DNA of 64,000 nucleotides, from assembly GCF_006345805.1 (NCBI RefSeq), contig NC_043007.1, positions 72,416,001 to 72,480,000 of the forward strand, given 5' to 3'. The stretch's first letter is position 1. Each line of letters starts with the position of its first letter. The position numbers and the translations under genes were made by a program. A model generated the notes under the pieces. It was not told where the DNA came from. It did not search any database and saw only the letters and a program-made list of their open reading frames with translations. Origin of the DNA: Octopus sinensis (taxonomy: Eukaryota). This document shows, in pieces, positions 40,335 to 51,469 of this stretch.

Positions 40335-40395
40335 CTGTTGAAGAGCGTAGGCTCGAAACGTTAAAGACTTGTTTTATTTTATTTTCCTGAGCGCC
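40335..40395 (+). ncRNA. Atypical hammerhead-like motif in the Penelope terminal repeat
   Basis: CTGTTGA-a-GAGCgtagGCTC-GAAA-CGTT...AGCGCC. A6 is replaced by U, the cleavage triplet is GCC, and stem I is weak. Confidence 0.45.
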
Positions 40396-40544
40396 ATACT
40401 ATACATTGTTCGTTTGTTTCCACCTGCCTTCGTCTTTTGTTTATTTTCATAAAGCTTCCCCGTTAGATAGATAGATAGATGATAGATAGGTAGATAGATA
40501 GATAGATAGATAGACAGACAGGCAGGCAGGCGGGCAGATAGATA

Positions 40545-40593
<49 letters not shown>

Positions 40594-40599
40594 AGATAT

Positions 40600-40669
40600 G
40601 TTTCTTTATTAGCCACACAGGGCTGCACACAGATAGAAACAATTACAAGGTAGAGCTTTTCTTTTGAAG

Positions 40670-40703
<34 letters not shown>

Positions 40704-41703
40704 AGGGGGAGGTTCGATCAAAAGGGATCGTAAAGGAGAGAAAGAGGACAAAAAATAAGGGGGGTTAAAAAAAAAAAAAAAAAAAAGGGGGGCGGGAGGA
40801 AAAAAAATTTCAATAGGGATCGTTATCACAGAAATGTCAATATGAAGTGTAAAGGGGAGGACAGGTGAGGTTTACCCGTGGAAAGAAAGCCTGCGGAAAG
40901 ACCACGGTACCTCGGTCAATGAAGTCACATTTATATTTCTTTTTTTTTTTTTTTTTTTTTTGCAAATAAGCAACTCTCTGTTTTCGATTTCTGGGTTCAT
41001 AGGACTATGCTCAAGGTGGCTTCGTCATTCATACGTGCCATTCTTGCTACATTCACCCATTTTTTTAAAACATTCGCTAGACAAAAACTTGCCTCTCTAC
41101 TCTCACTTTCCTTTTCAAGTGGTACTTGAAGAAGTTGATGATAGATTGACCAGAGAGGAAAGTGTTTGTCTCCAATCCTTCAGACGCGTCCACCAGATAC
41201 ATTCTTTCGCCATAGCCACAAGGATGATGAAAATAGCTCTTCCTTCCCGTTTGAAGGAAGGAGGCGTGACAATATTGACGATAGACTCAGCTGATAAACC
41301 GACTCGTCCCACACGTGACAGCAGTTGTTCGACATAAGCCCAAAGGTCGGAAATGTTGGACACTGAACGAGTGCGTGCAGAACGGTTTCGTCGCTCTGAC
41401 CGCATCTCGGGCAGGTCGGCCCCTTGTTTCTCGAGCCGTGTCTGTAGAGCTTATCCGAACGGGTAGCGCTTCTCGGTAGCACTGCCAGGCCAGGGATCTC
41501 TGGAAGTTTTCCATGGGCCCTGCCCGAAGTCGTCCCGACAGGCGGGTCAGGTACTCCTCGTCGACGTCCAGGTTCGCTCCGAGCTCGTCGTCGTACCTCC
41601 CTCCACTAAACCCCTATAGAATGCTTTGGTTGTGTTGAAGTCACTTAAGGTCGACCCAGGACGGCAGAGTTGCTTGAGAGCAACGCGACACTCGCGGTGC
41701 CAT
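40600..41703 (-). mobile_element. 5'-truncated L1/Tx1-type LINE inserted in (AGAT)n
   Basis: Minus ORFs ENFQRSLAWQCYREALPV, CPRCGQSDETVLHALVQCP, DLWAYVEQLL...AMAKECIWWTRLK. Tail ...agccctgtgtggctaataaagaaac|atatct. Confidence 0.88.
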
Positions 41704-41708
41704 TAGAT

Positions 41709-41751
<43 letters not shown>

Positions 41752-41766
41752 CACTGATAAATAGAC

Positions 41767-41847
<81 letters not shown>

Positions 41848-42317
41848 CACAAACAAACAGATAGATAGATAGTGGTGAACATTGATAAAACAAAACACTG
41901 ATCCTTCTATATCTATTTTCAACATACATATTATTTTTATTATTATTATTTTTTTTTATCTTCAGTTTAATAAATTCTCTTTCTCTTCTCTAAACTATGA
42001 CATTTGATCAAGTATCAGGTGTGTTCACCTTCAATGCAGTGCTAAGTCCTTGACAGGATAGAATCTTTGTCCATGTCAGTTCGATCTCATTCACAAACAG
42101 ATCAAGTGAAAAATTTCGACTGACATCAAGAATGGCTCATCTTTCTTTTGTCCTTAACTACATGTCAATTAGGCTAAACAAATATTGCACTAACTAGCGA
42201 CTACTTAATAATAAACGCAATAACACTAATCATTTTTGTCCCGACCAGTATGTGTAAATATGTGTTTATGCGGACAAATGTCCACACGAACATATATTCC
42301 ACATATACATTCATATT

Positions 42318-42680
42318 CTTTTACTTGTTTTACTTATCTTAGTCATTCGACTGCGGCCACGCTGTAGCACCACTTTTAGTCGAACAAATTGACCACAGGA
42401 CTTATTCTCTGTTAGCCTAGTACTTATTCTATCGCTCTTCATCACCGAAGCGCTAAGTTACGGGTACGTAAATACGGCAATATCGGCCGTCAAGCGATGG
42501 TGGTGTGGGGGGGGGGACAAACACAGACACACAAATACACACACACACAGAAGGGCTTCTTTCAGTTTCCGTCTATCAAATCCATTCACAAGACTTTGGT
42601 CGGCCCGAGGCTACAGTAGAAGACACTTGCCCAAGGTGCCACGCAGTGGGACTGAATGCGGAACCATGTGGTTGGGAAGC
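42318..42680 (-). mobile_element. SINE family B
   Basis: 3' and 5' halves recognisable; head abuts SINE A at about 42682. Confidence 0.8.
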
Positions 42681-42681
42681 C

Positions 42682-42899
42682 TTGGCAGACACGTTAGCGC
42701 ACCGGGCAGAATGCTTAGCGGTATTTCGTCTGTCATTACGTTCTGAGTTCAAATTCCGCAGAGGTCGACTTTGCCTTTCATCCTTTCGAGGTGGATAAAT
42801 TAAGTACCAGTTACGCACTGGGGTCGATGTAATCGACTTAATTCGTTTGTCTGTCCTTGTTGTCCCCTCTATGTTTAGCCCCTTGTGGGCAATAAAGAA

Positions 42900-42900
<1 letters not shown>
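42682..42900 (+). mobile_element. SINE family A
   Basis: ttggcagacacgttagc ... gccccttgtgggcaataaagaaa. Confidence 0.85.
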
Positions 42901-42964
<64 letters not shown>

Positions 42965-42969
42965 GGTAT

Positions 42970-43003
<34 letters not shown>

Positions 43004-43122
43004 TCATGTAGGTATATTCATATATATATATGCAATTAGGTACGTGCACATGTATGTATGTATGTATGTATGTATGCATGCATGTACATATGCATATACA
43101 TATACATGCATATATATAAGGC

Positions 43123-43155
<33 letters not shown>

Positions 43156-43470
43156 AACACACACACACATATGTGCGTATGTGTGTGTATGTTTGTGTTT
43201 TCGTGTGTTTACATGCGTGTATGATGTAGACACAGTGTATGCTTGTTTATATAAGCGAGAATGTGTTGTTCTAAGCTTATGTGTTTGTGTGTGATAAGGA
43301 AAGAGAGACGAGGAAAGTCTTGTGCGTTTGTGTGTAGGTGTGTATGTGTGCGCATCATTACGTGTGTGTGTGTGTGAGTAAGTGTGTATTTGCACGCCAG
43401 TATGTGTGTTTGTAAATGCGTATTTGTGCGCGCCAGTTTGTGTGTGCGCGCACGTACGTGTTTGCATGTT

Positions 43471-43530
<60 letters not shown>

Positions 43531-43636
43531 TACACACACAGACACACACATGTCTGTATGTTCTAGATAAAGTGACAGAATAAGCATGAATATGTGTGTA
43601 TGCTTGTATGTGCATATGTGTGTGTGAGTGTGTGTA

Positions 43637-43669
<33 letters not shown>

Positions 43670-44229
43670 AGCAGAATGAAGGAGAGTGGCGGTCAGACGG
43701 ACTGTGACTGTGTGTTTTGAGTGTGTGTATATATAAGTGTGTGTGTGTGTGTGTGTGTAATAAATTGGTCGAGTAAACTAAACAAGGATGTCGGTGTAAA
43801 TAGATATTTAAAAGGAAGCAGCCAGGTGACAACGATACCTGGGATACTAAAACCATTAGGATGTATACACAATAAAGTAGATATTGATTGTAGTAACCAT
43901 TTATTTGTTGGAAAGACGCGGGTTGACAAGATTGGTGACGTCAGTGTCGGCCGTCAGTGGCAGCACGAGTTGGATTGGAGTAGAGTCTAAAAATAATATT
44001 AAGAAGAAACGGTAAAAATCTCAGTTTTAAAATGTGAGGCAAAAAAATTTAAATGTTCTCCACCACAATGGAGGGTAACTGGACACTGGCCATTGCTTAC
44101 AGTTGTGAGCTGTTCTTATTTTGTAGAAGCTATGTATATATGTTAAGGTGGACATGACCATTTCAGAGTTGATTGTCTTGTATTGGCGACAATATAAGAA
44201 TTGCTGACCATTTCTGCATGGCCGAGGAA

Positions 44230-46185
44230 GACCATTGCTGACCTTCAGGAACATTGTGCGCTCTAGGACTAACTTATATTTTGCATTTGCGGTTCCGTTG
44301 GTGGTTAATGAGTCCTGCTCTTGACAAGCATACACGACTGCAAACATTGCAACGCAAGCTTTCCCCATTCACTACACCAGCAGAGCGCTTTCGAGCAGCA
44401 CCCTTAAGTTCTTCATGCTGGATACGTGCTTTCACAAAGGTGTCGACCCCGCTCCTGAAACTGCTTCCGCCATCAATTTTTGTTCGCTTTGTGATGCCAT
44501 GCTGGGACCAGACACGAGACTGAAGAGACCAGAAGGAATCAGTTGCTCTCTGCAGCCTGAAAGATATTTCATCATCCAAGGAGCAAGAATGGCTGAGTGC
44601 GCTGCCCAGGAAGACAAACTTGTCTACCACTTTCAGAATTGTTCCTTCAACCAGAATAGCTGGTTCCACATATGGATTTCCCGGTGCAGGCTGGAACATT
44701 ACAACAGTCTTTCTAGGCTAATACTGAGTCCAAATACCTTGCAGGAAGCAGAAATACAATTCATAAGTATTTGCATGTCATCCACTGTATGAGTGACTAA
44801 GTCACAGTCACCTGCATAAAGGCGGGCGCGAATAAGAGACTGGAAAACTTGAATTGGCAGCAAATCGGCGCAGATTAAAGGAGTGGCCAGAAGATCGATG
44901 CATGACATATATTCCCAGAGAGCTAACCTTATCAAAAGTACGAGTAAAAGCTGCAGCAAAGTACAAAGAGAGTTGGGGCAAAGATTTCACTCTCCTTGAC
45001 ACTATTCTCTACAGGAATAGGTCTCGCCATGCCACCATCAACAATGACCCAAGCCGCCATCCCATATTTAATTATCGATACAAAGTAATCCGGACATCCA
45101 GGTTTGCCAAGTATTTTCCATAGCAAGGCCCTATTTACAGTATCAAAGGCCTTCGTTAAATCAATAAATACCTGGACAAGATCCATATTCTGCTCATAGC
45201 ACTCCTCCTGCATCTGTCTTGCGTGAAAATCATATCCCTCTACCAGATCGGAAACCACATTGAGATTCAGATAGGACGTCATTTACGAGACACCCATTCA
45301 TGCGGGTAGAAGAATATTTTCCAGAACCTTGATAGCATCTGATAGTAGAGCATTGCACCATCCCTATAGACTGCACTTATAAGTTCATGAAGAGACTGTA
45401 TGATGTAATCACCATCAAATCGCAAGAACCTCAGCACAAATTCCACCCTTTCCATGTGCCCTACCAAGATTCAATTTAGTTATTGATGTCATTATCTCAT
45501 CTATTGAGGGCGTAGAATTTAAGAAGCAATGATAGGTCCTTGTTACATAGTATCAATCACTGTTTAATCCACAGCTGACTCATAGATTAGGAGTTCAGAG
45601 AAGTGTTCAATCCAGCGACCTGTGATTTCTGTTGATTTAGTAAACAGAGTAGAAGACTCCTTGGAAAGCAAAGGAACTGAAGTGGAGCTCTTAGGCCCAT
45701 AAACTTGCTTCATAAGATGGTAAAGCTTCTTGCTGTCATTTGCATCAGCAGCAGCCTGAACATCACCAGCAAGATCCTCCCACCAAGGGTTCTGCATCTT
45801 CTTGAGAGATCGCTGCAGTAGTGATTTTACACTGCTAGAGTGGGCAAGTGCTAGACTTCGCTGCACAGCTCAAAGTCCTCTGTGTAGCAATACATTGTAG
45901 GCATAGCGCTTTACAACCAATAGTCGCTGAAAATCAGCATCCTTTTCATCAAACCAGTCTCTGTGTCTGGCAGTAGCATATATCAGTGTTTCAGCAGCAC
46001 GTTGGAGAACCTGGTTCGAAAATCTTCCCATGCTGCAGTATTTTCAATGCTGGACAAGCGAGTCTGAAGCTCTTTCCTCGACACAGCATCATATATCTTG
46101 TGGACGTTCAGACGCCGAGGAATGCCGATTGGCCTTCTTCTCCCTTTCTCTGTAATCCTCATCCGGAACTTTCATGGATCGGAAT
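44230..46185 (-). mobile_element. RTE-clade LINE, internally deleted, with C-terminal C2H2 finger
   Basis: RRLNVHKI, RHRDWFDE, FIDLTKAFDTVNR, LYAGD (degenerate YADD), VDKFVFLGSAL, CNVCSRVCLSRAGLINHQR. Confidence 0.88.
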
Positions 46186-46189
46186 GCTG

Positions 46190-46301
46190 TCCTTCCCTTC
46201 TTTCCTGAGCGTCAATAATACTTTAATTGTTCCACGTCCTCGCGTTGCTGTGTTTTTTTCTCTTTTTTTCTGTGTTTTCTTGTTTGGATTAACTATATAT
46301 A

Positions 46302-46340
<39 letters not shown>

Positions 46341-46523
46341 AGCTCCATTTCATTCAAAATATCACCTCGTGTGTACCGTTGGCGATTTTTTTTCCTCTAT
46401 CTTCTCTTCTCTGGATCTTTCCTTCTCCTATGTTTCCGACGAAGAGCTCCGCTCGAAACGTTAGACCCTCCTTCTTTCCTTCTTTCCTGAGCGTCCAATA
46501 ATACTATATTTGTTCCACGTCCT
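46190..46523 (+). mobile_element. Two tandem F1 terminal-repeat pieces separated by (TA)n
   Basis: 46190-46293 (3' part) and 46368-46523 (core CCGACGA-a-GAGctccgCTC-GAAA-CGTT...AGCGTC at 46436-46495). Confidence 0.72.
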
Positions 46524-46779
46524 ATGTATGTATGTATGTATGTATGTATGTATGTATGTATGTATGTATGTATTTATGTATGTGTGTATGTATGTATGTA
46601 TGTATGTATGTATGTATTTATGTATGTATGTATGTACGTGTGTATGTATGTATGTATCTTCTTCATTGGAATTTCAACATTAACAACAGAGTATTTTTGT
46701 CTGTATGTACGTATACATATGTGCTGATTTGAATGTTTAGCTTTATGTATATATTGAAAACCTCAGTAAAATGTAAGCA

Positions 46780-47200
46780 CAAGAGACTGATATAATGATT
46801 TCGGATAGAGAGGAGAAAGTGTGTACAGTTGTGGAAATTAGCTGCTCAGTGGATGTTAACATAAAACTGAAGATCAATGAAAACGAAAACAACTACGCTG
46901 GACTATTGAGAAATCTGCAGTTACTCTATCCAGTTTACAAGTTCAGGTTTATACCTGTAATTGTTGGGGGCCTGGGATACGTAACACACAGCTTAAATAC
47001 CAATCTTGAAAAATTAGGCTTCTCAAAATCAGAAAGGAGATAGCTAATTTGAAGGCTACAGATCCAATTCATCAGTAGAACTGTAAAAATGTGTAAAACT
47101 TTCCAGAAGTTTGTCTTTTAAATATATATGAGCATGTCTAGATATGCAACTATATGCATGAGAATACATACATAAAACATACAAATCTGCACATACATAC
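46780..47200 (+). mobile_element. R4/Dong-type non-LTR 3' fragment (restriction-like endonuclease domain)
   Basis: ISDREEKVCTVVEISCSVDVNIKLK...Y..LLRNLQLLYPVYKFRFIPVIVGGLG...CKTF. Confidence 0.7.
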
Positions 47201-47620
47201 ATGGTGGCTGCCCCCTAGTTATCGAGTATGGCCATTGCACGAAGCTTAATCAATGTTGTTATCGTGCAATGCCTGTGCAAGAAGATTTTTTAAAGTGAGG
47301 AAAGGTTGTGCACTGAGTCAGTCCCACTCACTAAGCAACAGCAGCCATAACATACATACATACATTATTATGGCTGCCCCCTCATTATCGAGTATGGCCA
47401 TTGCACGAAGCTTAACTGTTACTGTTGCTGTGATCGAATGTGACTTTTTAGCCCAGCTAAAGATCTACAATGTCTTGTACAAAATTGGCAACTAAAACCT
47501 TTACTGGTAATAGCCAGTTGTAGTTGTAACTGGGCTTCATGTACCTTTGCATGTCGTTTAAGTCTTCCTGTCGAATTACACTCTCTTCCACATGCCCGAC
47601 AGATAGTGTAATTCGGTGGT
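47200..47620 (-). mobile_element. RTE-type 3' end with two C2H2 fingers and duplicated 3'UTR
   Basis: CRACGRECNSTGRLKRHAKVH...CQFCTRHCRSLAGLKSHIRS. ggctgccccct..ttatcgagtatggccattgcacgaagcttaa occurs twice. Confidence 0.65.
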
Positions 47621-47641
47621 GGTGTAACACATATACATACA

Positions 47642-47675
<34 letters not shown>

Positions 47676-47824
47676 CATACATACATACATACATACATAC
47701 ATACATACATACATACATACATACATACTACATACATACATACATACATACATACATACATACATACATACATACATACATACATACATACATACATACA
47801 TTACATTACATTACATTACATTAT

Positions 47825-48345
47825 ATTGTGGAAATCAGCTGAACTCTCGACATGAATGTAGTTAAGAAAATACAAAAGGAAGAGATTTATAAACCATTGA
47901 TAAGGGGTCTGAAAATCCAGTACCCAAGATACACTTTCAGTCTCATACCTATTACTATTGGAGCAATAGGATACATACCAACCCATTTGGAGCAAATATG
48001 ACTAAACTCGGGGTCTTGGGGAGAGAATTCATATGCTACAAATGATCACGATATTATCTGGGAACGGCGAGCTGGCAGAAACGTTAGCACGCCGGACGAA
48101 ATGCGTAGCCGTATTTCGTCTGCCGTTAAGTTCTGAGTTCAAATTACGCCGATGTCGACTTTGCCATTCATCCTTTCGCGGTCGATAAATTAAATACCAG
48201 TTTCGCACTGGGGTCGATATAGTTGACTTAATCTGTTTGTCTGTCCTTGTTTGTCCTCTCTGTATTTAGCCCCTTGTGGGTAGTAAAGAAATAGATATTA
48301 TCTGGGACTATAGAAATCTGCAAGACTTTCTTAAGATTTAAAAGA
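47825..48345 (+). mobile_element. Second R4/Dong-type RLE fragment interrupted by SINE A
   Basis: VEIS..LDMNVVKKIQKEEIYKPLIRGLKIQYPRYTFSLIPITIGAIG...GTIEICKTFLRF. Confidence 0.6.
48064..48294 (+). mobile_element. SINE family A
   Basis: 13-bp TSD atattatctggga. Confidence 0.92.
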
Positions 48346-48871
48346 TGATTGTTTAAAGAAGATACTTTCCTTCACAACGTTGTTACCAAGCAGGCGGCTG
48401 GTTAAAAATTATTCTAAATTTAAAAGAGAAAGAGAACATACATACATGCGTACGCGCGTGTGGGCACATGTGTGTGTGCATATATATGTGCGTGTGTGTT
48501 TGTATGTGTGTGTGCGTGCGTGCGTATGTGCGTGCGTGCGTGCGTATGTGCGTGCGTGCGTGCGTATGTGCGTGCGTGCGTATGTGCGTGTGTTTGTGTG
48601 TGTGTATGTGTATGTGTGTGTGTGCTTGTGTTTGTCTCTCACACCTTGACAACTGGTACCGACTAGTTTTCGTCTCCGTAATCTAGCGATTCGGCAAAGA
48701 GACCGATAGAGTAAGTACCCAACTACAAGCACTGAAGTTTATTTAATCGACTAAACCTTCAAAGCACCGCCCTAGCTTTGCACTGAAGGCTCAATCTACT
48801 GAAACAAACAACGAGAGACTAAATCTGTATTTTATTAATATTCATTATATCTAAATTCATATATACTTATA

Positions 48872-49095
48872 GCTGGCAGAAACGTTAGCACGCCGGGCGA
48901 AATGCGTAGCCGTATTTCGTCTGCCGTTATGTTCTGAGTTCAAATTCTGCCGAGGTCGACTTTGCCTTTCATCCTTTCGGGGTCGATAAATTAAGTACCA
49001 GTTACGCACTGGGATCAATATAATCGACTTAATCCGTTTGTCTGTCCTTGTTTGTTCTCTCTGTGTTTAGCCCCTTGTGGGTAGTAAAGAAATAT
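48872..49095 (+). mobile_element. SINE family A
   Basis: agctggcagaaacgttagc ... gtaaagaaatat|gtatttcgt. Confidence 0.9.
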
Positions 49096-49554
49096 GTATT
49101 TCGTTACTTCAGTTTACAAGCTCGTTTAGACGGCAAGTTAATGTAGAGAAAGCAAAAGAAAAGAAAACACGAATTCTATTCGTGTTTGTTTGCGACTCTG
49201 AATGAGGAGATATGATTAAAAGAAATTACCAGTAATTCTCAGGGAATTGATATTCTATTCGAAAAAGCCAACACATTTTCCTTTCAATGGTAAGGGACAT
49301 CGATGGACTTGTGCTTCTGACTTAATGGGCATCATTGTCATAACTTATTGTCCTTATCTCCTCCAATTCAACTGTAGGTATTTGACAACCATCGAAAGCG
49401 ATCGCGAAATAAAAACAAGCAGAACAACAAATACAGCCACCACAACAATCGCAGAAATAGTTTCTCTTTGGAGAGATAGATTTTTCTCAGTAAGCAATAA
49501 ATTATATATATATATTGCTTTAATATATATATATATATATAGCTTTAATATATA

Positions 49555-49611
<57 letters not shown>

Positions 49612-49615
49612 ATAT

Positions 49616-49793
49616 AACGGGAAGGTTTCCGAAAATAAACAAAAGACGAAGGCAGGTGGAGTACAAACAAACAAATGTATTAGTATGGCGCTCAGGAATA
49701 GAAAAAGTCTTTTACGTTTCGAGCCTACGCTCTTCGACAGAAAGATACACAGAAAAAAAACAAGGAGAGAAAAAAATGCGTGTAGGAGCTAAC
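49616..49793 (-). mobile_element. Penelope terminal repeat family F2, solo copy
   Basis: Core CTGTCGA-a-GAGCgtagGCTC-GAAA-CGT...AGCGCC; ends cccgtt into (TA)n. Confidence 0.8.
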
Positions 49794-50178
49794 GGTGCGT
49801 AGGAGTGGCTGTGTGGTAAGTAGCTTGCTTACGAACCACATGGTTCTGGGTTCAGTCCCACTGCGTGGCACCTTGGGCAAGTGTCTTCTACTATAATCTC
49901 AGGCCGACCAAAGCCTTGTGAATGGATTTGGTAGACGGAAACTGAAAGAAGCCCTTCTGTATGTGTGTGTGTGTGTGTGTTTGTCCCCCCACCATCGCTT
50001 GATAACCGATGCTGATGTGTTTACGTCCCCGTAACTTAGCGGTTCAGCAAAAGAGACCGATAGAATAAAGTACTAGGCTTACAAAGAATAAGTCCTGGGG
50101 TCGATTTGCTCGGCTAAAGGCGGTGCTCCAGCATGGCCACATGGCCACAGTCAAATGACTGAAACAAGTAAAAGAGTA
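49794..50178 (+). mobile_element. SINE family B, full length
   Basis: ggtgcgtaggagtggctgtgtgg ... gaaacaagtaaaagag. Confidence 0.9.
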
Positions 50179-50188
50179 TATATATATA

Positions 50189-50272
50189 TATAAGCGAGAA
50201 AGAAGCAACAAGAATGGATAGGTTTTTAGTACTAAAAACCTATCCATTCTTGTTGCTTCTTTCTCGCTTATA
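50189..50272. repeat. Perfect 84-bp palindrome with no spacer
   Basis: tataagcgagaaagaagcaacaagaatggataggtttttagt|actaaaaacctatccattcttgttgcttctttctcgcttata. Confidence 0.97.
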
Positions 50273-50385
50273 ATCACCCCACATTACTGTATTGTTAAAT
50301 CAGTATAGTTTTTTTTTGGTGCATCTAAGTTGGGTACCATATTCAAGTAAATTCATTTAAATTAACTTGAATCTTTATTGCTCTT

Positions 50386-50490
<105 letters not shown>

Positions 50491-50781
50491 ATAAAGGGTG
50501 TGTTTCGGGTCGATAAGATAAATATTTGTACAGCAATGGGATATCGAAATCAAGATATATAATTAACGGGGGTTTATTTGTTACCATCAATGTACAGTTA
50601 AAACCTATTGAGAAAGGAAAACAAGTTGTAGCAACAATATTGACAACAACAAGAATCACATGAAGCTTAACAACTCTAGGAACAAATACAGTCACAGGAA
50701 CCGCACCATTCGAAGCGTAAATGGCAGAGATAGAACAATATATGTTAGGATGATCTAAAAGAGAGATTTAGGCCCCAATAC

Positions 50782-51013
50782 CTATTTTTTTTACTACCCT
50801 CAAGGGGCTAAACACAGAGAGGACAAACAAGGACAGACAAACGGATTAAGTCGATTACATCGACCCCAGTACGCAACTGGTACTTAATTTATCGACCCCG
50901 AAAGGATGACAGGCAAAGTCGACCTCGGCGGAATTTGAACTCAGAATGCAGAGCGGATGAAATACCACGAAGCATTTCGCCCGGCGTGCTAACGTTTCTG
51001 CCAGCTCGCCGCC
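50782..51013 (-). mobile_element. SINE family A
   Basis: TSD ttaggccccaatac. Confidence 0.9.
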
Positions 51014-51469
51014 TTTTTAGGCCCCAATACCATCGACTAGAAGAATATATATAGGAGTCAAGAACTAGAGCAGGTAAGTATTGTGAAAGCTGTATTACAT
51101 CTGAAAGTAAAACTCTCGGAGCCATTTTGGGTGGCTTCTTTGATGTCAAATATTTGAGAATACAGAGATAAATATTATGCATTAAACTAGAAGTGATGGA
51201 AGACCCTCTTCCTACATTTGGTAAAACAACGAGCAATATAGCTACAATGTATTCTTCTATAACAATTATGGAACGAATGTATGAGATTTTTTTATCAAAA
51301 CATTGCCGAAAACTTGTGTGAAGGGCGGATATTTTGAACCCAGGTGATCCTGCTGCTTTCAATAGCCCCTGGCTACTTTCTCGTTATCTAATCCAGTCGA
51401 AATAGAAAATTTGAACTCAACAGCTCACGCTGACGAGATAATCTTTTATTGCATTATATAAATATTGGT

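Larger units (their letters stand above)
36405..40464 (+). mobile_element. Penelope-like retroelement (Neptune-type architecture) with complete ORF span and 3' terminal repeat
   Basis: RT + Cys-rich linker + GIY-YIG, pyrimidine-rich 3'UTR, terminal repeat F2 ending cccgtt, inserted in (AGAT)n. Neptune assignment is inferred from the CSRPRCRTC linker. Confidence 0.9.
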
